A DNA stretch of 64,000 nt, taken from the NCBI GenBank assembly GCA_010093815.1, contig ML996580.1; one strand, 5' to 3'. Origin of the DNA: Pseudovirgaria hyperparasitica. Taxonomy: Eukaryota. The notes beneath the pieces are model-generated. The model made no database searches and had not been told where the DNA came from. It worked only from the letters and a program-made list of their open reading frames with translations. This document shows, in pieces, positions 25,942 through 37,008 of the stretch; within the stretch, counting starts at the first letter, position 1, and the number at the start of each line of letters is the position of its first letter. The translations under genes were made by a program, and so were the position numbers.

Positions 25942-26626
25942 TCATCTTGCGCGCTCAGCTAACAGAAGTGCCATAAGAGCGGCAACCTCGGCACTCTGGG
26001 CGCGCTGTTCCTTCTGTAAAGAGTCCATGTCAGGCGTCGGACTCCTCAGATCGTTGCCAAATTGAAGCATGCGCTTCTGAAGCTCCAGCATGCGATTCAC
26101 GCAGGTATCGAGGAGTTGCGGGCTTGCTGTAGGAGCCGAAGATAGCATTTGCGGGGCGCCCGGGGTGAAAAGGCTGCTGCTCGTCGATGAAGGCCCGGCT
26201 ATTGGAGTACCGTGCGGACTAGAAGTGGGACGGAGCTGCTGCATGTGTATGCTTTCTGGAGTCTGTGGTGGATGCTGCATAGAGACTGAAGTACGACGCT
26301 GTGGCTTTGGGGCATCATTCTTTATCTGCTACTCCATAGTTAGGACAGTGATACGGGCTCTTCATCACGGCGAAGCCTACCGAGTGAGAGCATGACACCG
26401 ATCGCTGCTTACAGAAGCTACACGCTGTCACAGAGTCACAAATACCAGGCTTGTACCGTCGACACTGCACATTGTTCTGTTGACACATGACACAAGGTAT
26501 GGGAGAAAGCTCTCCGAACTCATCGCTTTCCATATGCACTATGTGCTCGAAGTGGCGACGACGCCTAGAGCCTTCTTCATACTGCTCCCAGTCCGGGCGT
26601 ATCGAAGCCCGCTTTAAGGAAGACAT
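25942..26626 (-). CDS. Hypothetical 210-aa protein with a Zn2Cys6-like Cys cluster and C-terminal coiled coil
   Basis: CVMC-X6-C...CSFC-X6-C. A 52-nt phase-0 intron (26329-26380, GTAGGC...CCTAAC...TAG) fuses ORFs 26315-26638 and 25942-26280 in frame. Confidence 0.65.
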
Positions 26627-26827
26627 GAATACGTGCACCCTTCAGAACCAGGGACGCTCGGCGTACCACGACGTTCCAGAAGACGTGGGCAGCAATAACA
26701 GCTTCAGAATCTGCATGGTAAACCCGATGTGGGCAGCTTGAAGCCTTTGCTATCTTTTTCGAAACTATGAGACATGATGTTAGCGTTCGCTCGCAAGAGA
26801 AAACCCCGAAAGTTACATCGTTTTGAG

Positions 26828-26904
26828 TAACTCAGCTGGTGATGCATGTTTAGTTCCGCTCATAGATATCACGAGAACGGTTTGTGAAGGATATCTTCAT
26901 AGAA
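26828..26904 (-). ncRNA. snR55: Box C/D snoRNA, snR55-like (predicted guide for the 18S rRNA Um1269-equivalent)
   Basis: Minus strand: C-like ATGAAGA (26900-26894), guide CATGCATCACCA (26848-26837) pairing with SSU UGGUGGUGCAUG with one G:U, and D CTGA (26835-26832). It lies inside a GTAAGT...GCTAAC...TAG intron (26765-26938). Confidence 0.85.
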
Positions 26905-27195
26905 ATCTGTCGTAGAGAAGGATGTATGGCTGACTTACTGGTAGCTTGCAATTGACTGCCCGCTTTGGACGTCAGCTTAGCTATTGGGCCTCGAGGTGAC
27001 CATTGTTCCGAGGATCAACGGTTGCAAGATGAGCGTGGGAGAATTGGGTTGCAGTTTTCTGCATGGCTCTGGGTTTTGCGCCGCAAATTTATAGCTAGTG
27101 CGATTCAGCCGAGAAGACGCCGCTTGAAAAGTCCGTGCGTGGCACATTTTCAATCATCATTTCTGTTACCAGTATTTAAAGCTGTCACAACACCA

Positions 27196-28383
27196 ATGGA
27201 TCGGCAGGACAGAAGGAGAATCAATCCTCCCAGCGGAGGCACAGCTCCTCCACTCTTTGCTTCAGCCATTGCTTTGGCAGGCGCATCACAATTCAAAAGA
27301 CCAATACGATCAAGAAAACCCGATGAGCTCCGCAAGATATGTAAGTGTTAGTCTCATTCTACGCTGTACTGTCTCCTTGACCAATATGATGATTTCACAA
27401 GAAAAATACAGTTATCCCTGACAGAACTATACTGTTGAGAACTCTTATACATCTGATTTCCCTGCGCATTCATATTACTCTGCGACCCTTCAGGCACCTA
27501 TAAGCATTTCACTGACAGAGTTCAAGTTCTTCAAACTGGTCTTGTGCCTTCAGCATCAGGTTCAGCCTATCTAGAACTTCAGTCACCCTCTCCATCTGGG
27601 ACTCACGATCTTGTATCATCTAAGTCTTCACTGAAGCTCACATGTTCGGTCCACGGCCCTAAACCTCTGCCTCGCTCTGCCCCATTCTCTCCTCATCTCG
27701 TTCTTACAACACATGTCAAGTTTGCTCCATTTGCTGCTCGCCAGCGTCGTGGATACATTCGTGACTCCTCAGAACGTGATCTAGGTGTCCACCTCGAGAC
27801 CGCTCTGCGAGGTGCGATTATTGGAGAGCGTTGGCCCAAGAGTGGAGTAGATGTGATCATCACTATACTCGAGGGCGAAGAAGACAGATGGTGGGGAGAT
27901 GAAGTAGGAGGTGGGACAAAGGGTATCGGGGGTGCCGGATGGGGTCTTATGACTGTCCTCGCTGGCTGTATCACATGTGCTAGCGCAGCCATTGTCGACG
28001 CTGGTATAGATTGCGTCGACATGGTTTCCGGTGGAGTTGCAGCTCTCCTGCCCGCACCGGAACGAAGTGAGAAGGGTAAGGGCAAGGATGTTCAAGAAAC
28101 TACAGTTGTGTTGGATCCATGTCCGAGCGAGCACCAGGAGATACAGGCCGTCTGTGTAGTTGCGTATCTTCAAGGCCGTGACGAGATCACGGAACTCTGG
28201 GTGAAGGGTAATGCTGGGGATGCTGCGGCAGCCATCGTCGACAATGCCGTTAGAGCAGCAGTAGCTTCGAAGGCGGTTCTCACTGAAGCTGTTAAAGAAG
28301 CTGCTGAGCTCAAGTTTTCCGTTGAGTCCGGTCGTCCTCAAGAACATCCCAAAGGTTCACGCGATCTCGAAATGAGTGGATGA
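27196..28383 (+). CDS. MTR3: RNA exosome core subunit Mtr3 (RNase PH-like)
   Basis: MDRQDRRRINPP start, LRKIF|LQTGLVPSASGSAYLE, SVHGPKP, WPKSGVD and ASAAIVDAGIDCVD. Intron 27341-27526. Confidence 0.87.
27382..27460 (+). ncRNA. snR38: Box C/D snoRNA, snR38-like (predicted guide for the 25S rRNA Gm2815-equivalent)
   Basis: Box C ATGATGA (27386-27392), guide CAGTTATCCCTG (27409-27420) antisense to LSU CAGGGAUAACUG, D' CAGA, C' TGTTGA and D CTGA (27453-27456). It lies inside the 186-nt MTR3 intron. Confidence 0.88.
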
Positions 28384-28719
28384 CCGAACAGAACATTGAA
28401 TTATATGATACCCACATTGCATAGCGCCGGCGTTCCAAAAAATCGACTGTTCATTTTCACAGCTTGTCTTTCTCTGTGCTATCTCTCATCCCATTCCATC
28501 CACAATGTGCCTATGCCTAGTCTCCATCATAGGACGGCGAAAGGATCCTTCCTGCTCGCGCTGTGCCATCTGAAGAGGATAGACCAACATTCAATTGCCA
28601 AGCCACAGTCTCAAGCGTTATGCCTAATGTCATCGCATGAAAATGCAAGTTTCCTGCTACGTCGCGCAGATGAAATCTATCAATTCAATCGTATCTTTCG
28701 ATATTAAAGCGGAGAGGAG

Positions 28720-29840
28720 CTAAACAGCATCATCTTCGCCATTGTTACCATAGTCGAATGCGTTGGAAACTGGCATGTCAGGCCAAGCAAAGTCGAACTG
28801 CTCCATGGAATTAGCATCTTCGAAAGTGCTTAAGACGCTACTCGGAAGTACACTACTATCGTAAGCCAGAGGCGTAACCTCCACAGGACCACCGAAAATC
28901 GAGGTCGGCATGTTGCTGACGGAGCGCGTGCCGACTGGTAGAGTCATCTCATTGAAGTGCTCGTTATCGAAGAATTCGGTATTCGGCCCCTGGGAGACCT
29001 TGCGCTTGATCTTCTTGGACTCGGGCTGGTAGACGTCGCTATTGGAGCCTTTATCCTCAGAGGCATCGCTCTCCGCGTACATGATTTTGCGCTTCGCGGC
29101 ACGAGAAGGGGTGGCACTCAGGCGGTTCTTGACGTCGACAGCAATGTCGTCGGCGGAATCAGTGTCGTCTGCATCCGCAGCGCCTTCTACATCGGTTGAA
29201 TCGTCCGCTTCGACTTTTGTATTGCGCTTAGACTTGGACTGGGACTGAGCCGCAATTGTCTTCGATTGAGACTGTTTGACCTTCGTAGATTTGGACTTGA
29301 CTGGCGTGGAAGGAGCAGAGCCTTTGCTCCAACCCATCTTCGCCTTAAGGCGAGTCAAGCGCATGGCAGCAGTAGCGGGCTTGAGATTCATTTTCGCGCC
29401 GATTACCTTCCAGTCAAACTGTTCTGAGATTAGCGAAATGTGTCTACAGCGTCGGGTTCATGTGATACCGATGGCATCTGGCCATCATGGTTGGCTGTCA
29501 AGCAGGTCCATAGGAACTCCATGTTTTCAGGAGAAGGATCTTCCCCTTTCTCCACACGAGCCCTAAGGCGGGTCATTCGCATGTTCGCTGTAGCTGGCTT
29601 GAGGTCAAGGATCCTTCCAACTTCATTGTAGTCAATCTGTCAGTAGTCAGCTACTATGACACAAGTCGTCTGATTCGAAGCATTCTCGTCATGGTGAACA
29701 TGAACTGTTAATCGGTGATAGATCTCGCAAGATCTGAAATAGCTAGATACACAGATCTGAAGGTGTCTTACTTTGTGGCCGACGGCATGTTGTTGGCATA
29801 AGAAAAGAAATTTTGCTTGCTCGACCCCGGAATGAGCCAT
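28720..29840 (-). CDS. Hypothetical protein with two tandem small Myb/HTH-like repeats and a disordered tail
   Basis: Repeats FLFLC...IDYNEVGRILDLKPATANMRMTRLRA and FLWTC...FDWKVIGAKMNLKPATAAMRLTRLKA. Introns 29637-29771 and 29419-29468. Confidence 0.75.
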
Positions 29841-30322
29841 GTTATTGGTAGTGAAATGGCGGTATCTCGAGATTGAGTGTTAGGGTCGCTGAGGTTACTA
29901 GAGAGTGATAGGACCTAGCTTAATGTAGGGGATTAGTGAGAGCTGGTTTGAAGGAAGTGAAAGGCATTAACCGAAGGTTGAACCGAATATAAGTGTGACA
30001 TATGTGGGATTGGGAAGTGTTGTGTATTTATAACCCAACAAGTGAACACGCGCGTGAAACAATATCGGCCATTGGCAAACATGTGCATTTTTGTGTTTAA
30101 TAGCTCATGCCCGGGCCTACGCGACGATTCATTCTTTGTACTTCACTCAACTAGAGACATCACTCTCGGGTCAAGCGGAAGAAAATGTTGGTTTATTGGG
30201 AGTAGAAGTTCAACCTAATGACGGCACAGCTATGATCTCTGTTGTGATATAACAGTCTCTCACAGACAGCCACGGAGTCTCCAGGATCTTAACAAGAGGC
30301 AACATGAGTCACTATTGACCTT

Positions 30323-32481
30323 TCATGAACTCAAGCCCAGCCCAACATCACCATTGTGTGTACCAATACCGTTTACCATTGCAATGGCCGACGCCCTTCC
30401 AATCATCTCCCGAAAGTCTAACCCGACCTCAGATAACAGTCCAGCGTGATCTTTGGCTCTATTCATGCAAGCATTCCAGATATCGTTCCCTTTGTCTACG
30501 CTGCTCAGTTGTCGTATGAGAATGATGTTGAACTCATCAACGTGCTCCTTAGCCCATTTAACGCAAGCAGACATCATAACCACAGGGAAACAAGCTTGGT
30601 AGGTCGAAACCGTATTCTTGATGACTGTGAAGTATATGAAGCTGACTTGGTAAATGTAATGCTGCAAGTCGCCATCAAAGATGCACTGCCTTGAACGTTG
30701 TTTGATGATGTCGCTTCGAGCTTCAAGATAAGCCTCCCGAGCATGATCTTCGAAACCAAGTCGTACCAGCCAGTCAACGTGCTTCTTCGTCGCCGATGAC
30801 CAGCTATGGGTCTCGGTCAATTGTTTGATGAGGATCGATGCGAGCTTTCCAGCACGCTCATTAACCTTGAAAGAGATGAGGTCTTGAGCTACGCTATTCC
30901 CTTTGACGCTTTTTGCTAAAGTCTTTAGGCGTTCTAAATTGGCAACTGCTTCCTCGAAATGCTGTAGGGCAATGTTGATATCGAGTTCATCTAGTTGGGC
31001 CTCCACCCATCTTATACTCTGTTGTTTGCCGTCCACGTCCAAAAATAAACTAGACCGTTGATTAGCAGTCTTGTCAGAAAGACTTTCGAGCAGCTCTGTC
31101 TTCTTCAGGATATTGAGGTCTCTTGTAGCATAGTAATTCACAGAATCTTGAGCCTTTCCCCGCTCTTCCGTTTCTGCCTCTCGTGTCTTACGGAGGTCTT
31201 CGACAGCCTTGCGAAAAGTCGAAAGGAGTGTGATCTTCTCCTTCGTTTCCATTGGCGGGACTGCATATGTGAACGAGTCATTACCGACGCGTACATTTAT
31301 TGCATTGGCACTATTCTCCTTCGGCTCGACCCTGCTGCCATTTGTTCCACTGGATGCTAGATCAGCGATCTGTACATCTTGGAGTGGAAAACATCGTTGA
31401 GCGACTAGTTGCTTGTCGTTCTTATCTGTTGTTCGTTTGGCTTCACGGTTATTCGGAGCTGGCGCATCAGTGCGTTGCTTCTCGTGGGCCACAAGTAGAT
31501 GGTCATTTAATAGGATTAGATGTACTCGCCTCCTGGCTTTCCATGTAGCTCTGTTCAATTCCACCCATCTAGAGGATTCGTGCACGATGTGCCTGCCCGG
31601 GGTAGCAGGTAAGAATTTCTGCGATCCTTCGACTCGTTTCCACAGGGTTTGTAAATGTGTGTTCCAGAGAGCCTCCAAATTGGCGACCGAACTCCTGTTT
31701 GCGCGGTTGCGGGCAGTTTGCTTTTCTCCTGCAATGCCTGCATGTGTCGCCTGGCCAAGAGTGTCCGTGAGGTCGGACATGAGTGTTCGTAGGGTGCGCA
31801 TCTCGCTCTTGAGTTTCTCTGCTTCCTTGCTGATCTTGATAAACTGCGTCCGATTTTGATACACGTTATGCTGGAGATCTGTGGACATCCGGTTTTTGGC
31901 TTTTCTGAGTTCCTGCTGAAACGCCATGATTTCAGCTTCGGAGGCTTCAGAGAGCAGGCTAGAGATATCTGAAGAGCATAAGTGTCAGTCGAGGTATTCA
32001 GCGTTATCGACCTTCTGATAAACGTACATTGCTCAGGCCTAAGGTTTGGATCGCGCAGTGCTTTAGGGTCTACTCTGATCTTCTTCTCTCCTTCGCCAGC
32101 ACTGGCCCTTCCGTCTCTACTTGGCGGTGGTTGCATAGACTGCTTGGGAATGGCAGGAACAGAGGGCATCGGCGGCACCCCATCACCATTGAAGTCTGGC
32201 ATCTGCGTAAACCGCGTGGAATATCTCCTCTTGACCAGGTCTGCGGTCACGTCAGATTGCTGCGGCCGTGGCCTCGGGCGCACGCCTGCATCCCTTCCAC
32301 TACCAGAGCTCGGCGCTGGAGATCCATCTTGTCGTGGTCGTGGTATTGTACCTCCTGGTACGGGTACTCCTTGGGGGAGCGGTGCACTTATCTGCTTCGG
32401 CGCAGAGATCTGTGGTTTTGTCTTCTTCTTCTTACGAAGGGATATCCCCTTGCTCTCCTTCTCCCTGCTCTTCTCTTCCAT
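30323..32481 (-). CDS. EXO84: Exocyst complex component Exo84
   Basis: KRRYSTR, LQHNVYQNRTQFIKISKEAE, PH-like LILLNDHLLVA and AREAYLEARS. Intron 31969-32027. Confidence 0.92.
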
Positions 32482-32897
32482 CGTGGAGGCTTGACGGTGT
32501 TATGTGCTGTCGAATGTGAAACGGCCTGGGCAATGACTGCTGATGCTGAGCTTCAATGGTTATGCTGGTGTATGCACGTCGCAAATATAACTCAGTGTAG
32601 GACAATGTAGCAAGTCAGCAACGAGTGTATTATATAAGACTGGGTAGGTAATAGTTCATAGGGTGCTCTCCATCTTGAAACACTGCTCAGACTGCTGCTT
32701 GTGCCGCCGTTACCCCTACTTAGTACCTGTTAAGCTCCCGCGGTATGTTCCGTGCGCAACGCAACTCCCAAAAATTTAACCAGCAACTCCTACCCAGCCA
32801 TCACTACTCGAATAATCCGGCCATACATACTCGCAATCCTTAACGTTTCTCATCCTCTCTATCTTCGCGTTCTTCTGACTATCTCCGTATTGCCAGG

Positions 32898-33541
32898 ATG
32901 TCAGATTCGAATCTCACAAGACCCGGTACCATTGCTGCCATCTCCATTGGCGTCATCGCCAGTGGAGTACTCGCATATGCCGCCTACTTCGATCACCGGC
33001 GGCGTACCGACCCAGACTTCCGTCGGAAACTAAAACGTGACAGTAAGAAAACACAACGAATGGCCAAGGAGGCCGAGGAGGCTAGCGAGAAGGAGCAAAA
33101 AGAGGCCGTTCTCGCGGCGCTGCAGAGGGCAAAGGATGAGGGCGTACCCGCAAATACCGATGAATGGGAACAATTCTTCATGACGGAAGTCGCAAGAGGC
33201 GAACAGATGTGCCAGGATGGTGTGTGATCGTGGATTTGACCAGTACGACATAGGGTGGAATGCTAATGTTCGAACCAGGCTCCGATCCCGTTGACGCGGC
33301 GTCGTGCTTTTACCGCGCGTTGAAGGTGTATCCGCAGCCGAGAGAGCTCATCAATATTTACGATAAGACAGTACCGAAGGTGAGTCTATAATTTGATCAA
33401 TGCTACCGTTGGGCGCTAATACCTGTTCAGCCTGTTCTCGATATTCTGGCCATGATGATCGCATATGATCCCAGCATTTCAACCAAGGCTGGAAGCAGTG
33501 CTTCTTCAGACGACGGCATGCCCATCGAACCCGTTGAATAG
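32898..33541 (+). CDS. TOM20: Mitochondrial import receptor Tom20
   Basis: N-terminal [18 protein letters not shown] and spliced [30 protein letters not shown]. Two introns. Confidence 0.93.
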
Positions 33542-33907
33542 TCTACAGCTCCTCATGACACAGTATCGGTTACAACGCCTACGAACAAGCTCATCGTGGC
33601 GTTCGATAGTTCGAGACCAATCACACTATCTCCACTTGTACAATTGCCTGTAAATATAGATTTTGGCTTATCATTCGGTGCACATGAACAGGCGATGTCA
33701 TTTATGATAGGATAGAGGGTAGGGCTGGTTGAATACCTGGGTTCCATCTTTGCAGGGAATGAAGAACACGTGCTTTGTAATAGGTGGTCAACTTCTTAGA
33801 TGTATTTCAGAGACCTTCGACTCTTCAGTTCGTCACGAAGACAATAGCAGAAAACCACGAGTACAGTTGATTTTGTCTACTGTGAGGACACATAAGCGCC
33901 ATGTGCT

Positions 33908-35291
33908 CTAGTTGAGCTTCCAATCCTTGTATGACCACTTCTCTGTCAGTGCAACCTTACGCTTCTTTGGTTGACTAATGCGTCTCCTACTCTCAATCTT
34001 TCCGTTAACCATCATGTTGCGGAAGCGATCATTCAATAAGTTGCCTTCAGGTTTCAGTTTCCGCAGAGAGTCCGTAAGATCTTCAGTGAGGAGAACCTCG
34101 AGGGGTGCTTCGGGAACACTGGGTGACATTAGCAGGGAGCATGTTATTCTTTGAGCTAAGTACGCACCGGATTTTTCCTAATCGCTTCCTTCTTAATTCC
34201 TCGTCTGAGCTGTCTGAATCGACATCCTCGGGAGCTTGTACAGCAAGAGCAACCTTACGAGCATTTTCTTTGCGAGCAAGCTCCTGAGCAAATATCTTTA
34301 TCTTAGCAACTTGCTTCTCCTTTTCCAACTGCTTCTTCTCATGTCTCAAGAGTGCTTCCGCCTCCTTCCTTCGATTTATCTTGTTTCTCTCAGCTTGGGT
34401 CTTGCGTTGCGGCCTCTTTTGCTTCAAGGTCTCATCCTCCGCCTCGCTCTGAATACCCTCCCATTCGCTCTCGAAACCATCTTCGTCATCGGTGACTGGG
34501 TCTGGTTCTGCGGCTGTGGCCAATGCTTTCTCCATTCGCTCGGCTTCTTCCTTGGCGGTTGTAAGCCTCTTCTTCTCCGCCTCAACCTCCTCCCCACCAA
34601 GCTTGGTGAGCAGGGCTTCCCAATCATCGACCTGAGGGTTGTAGGATCTGCCAGCCTTCGGTTTTCGTACCGCTGGTACAGCTTTCCCACTCTTTGTGAG
34701 TGATATTGGCGCTTCCTTGAGAGATTTCGGTTCGACTCGCGCTTTCTTTTCCTCTAAAAAGTTAAAACGTGGATCAACCTGATTTTCTGTTGGAGCCCAT
34801 GGGTCATATGCTGCACCATGGACTTCGACCACATCCTTGTTCACGGCATCTCCACCATATGCAATCGAACGAAGACGATCATATTCCTTGTGTGAGACTC
34901 CATTCTTGCGCCGCTTGTTGCTACTCTGGCTATCGCCATCCGATAGCCTCTTTCTCGAGGATACAGCAGGTATGGCCGAACGCTGGGCCAGTATCTCGTC
35001 GGCCCTCAATGGCTTATTCTTCTTGTTGTATGATTTTTGAATGGTGGCAGAGCCAGCTGTATCAACGGCGAAAAGATCGTCGGCGGACTTTTCTGCAACA
35101 ACACCACTGCAAAAGTCAGTCGTGTATTAATCATGTGTATATGCCAAATTTTACCCTAGAATAAGTTCATCCCGTAAATTTTTGAGCCCTTCATTGACCT
35201 CCGTAACATCCACATTCTTGCGCCATGCTTTCTTGCCTTTCCTCGAGGGCTGCTTGTATTGCGCAGGCGCACTTTTTGCTGTCTCTGACAT
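33908..35291 (-). CDS. NOP53: 60S ribosome biogenesis factor Nop53
   Basis: QPSRKGKKAWRKNVD, AIM-like DLFAVD, GRSYNP, SLRKLKPEGNLLNDRF and EKWSYKD. Two introns. Confidence 0.92.
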
Positions 35292-35613
35292 TTCAAGGAA
35301 GTCGTACTCTGCTCTGGGTGTTCGTGTCTTTGATATCGTTGTGGTAAATGTATAACATGTAACTGCGGACTTCGAATTTCTAACAGAAAAGTTAGATCTC
35401 CGCCCGCAGAGCACTACCCGAAGAGCAGCCGCGACCATTGGATACCAGCCAAACCCCTGCCCGCGACTCATTTGGCCTTCGCGGTTCCGTTCAGGAGTTT
35501 CATTCCACGACTTCCCCACTCCCTTGCGTCTCCACGAACCTGACGACTCCTTGGAAAGTTATTGCTGTTGCTGTTTACTCACATAATCGTATACACAAAG
35601 CATATCCACCATC

Positions 35614-36486
<873 letters not shown>

Positions 36487-37008
36487 CTACCACAATGGCA
36501 CACCATTAGTTCACGCATCAACTACGAATTGAGACATGAAGAACGATGCCACAAACTATTACGACCGATGTCGCGTTTCTATCACATGATTCATTTGAAA
36601 CACTACATGAGCAGCGAGGCGTCTTGGGAAGGATCAGTGAAGGCATGAAGGCATAACACGGCGGTATACATAAGACACCGCCTGAGGGTCCGGAAATTAA
36701 TATTCCCACGTAATAATACATGGTGAGGTTTTGGGCCTCCAGGCTCTCATAAAGTCGAGGACGCTGTACGAGAAGTGTATAGGACGTATAAAAATCGTGA
36801 TCATTTGTTGGGGTACTATCTATCAGACAAGATGCTCGTAGCGCTGTGGTATCTCCAAGCACGACCCAATCCAGCACCGCAAACGCCCAGGCTGAAATGA
36901 AAACAAATGGCAAAAGCCCATCCATCTAGAAATAACATCGCGCAATCCAATATAATCGACCCCAATGGAATCAGCCTCTCCAGCATGAGAAACTGATACA
37001 TGTGGTCC

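Noticed and set aside
27100..27160. Minus-strand ATGATGA...CTGA resembling a fourth C/D snoRNA
   Set aside because: It is short, has no recognisable rRNA guide, is not intronic, and lies upstream of the putative TATA.
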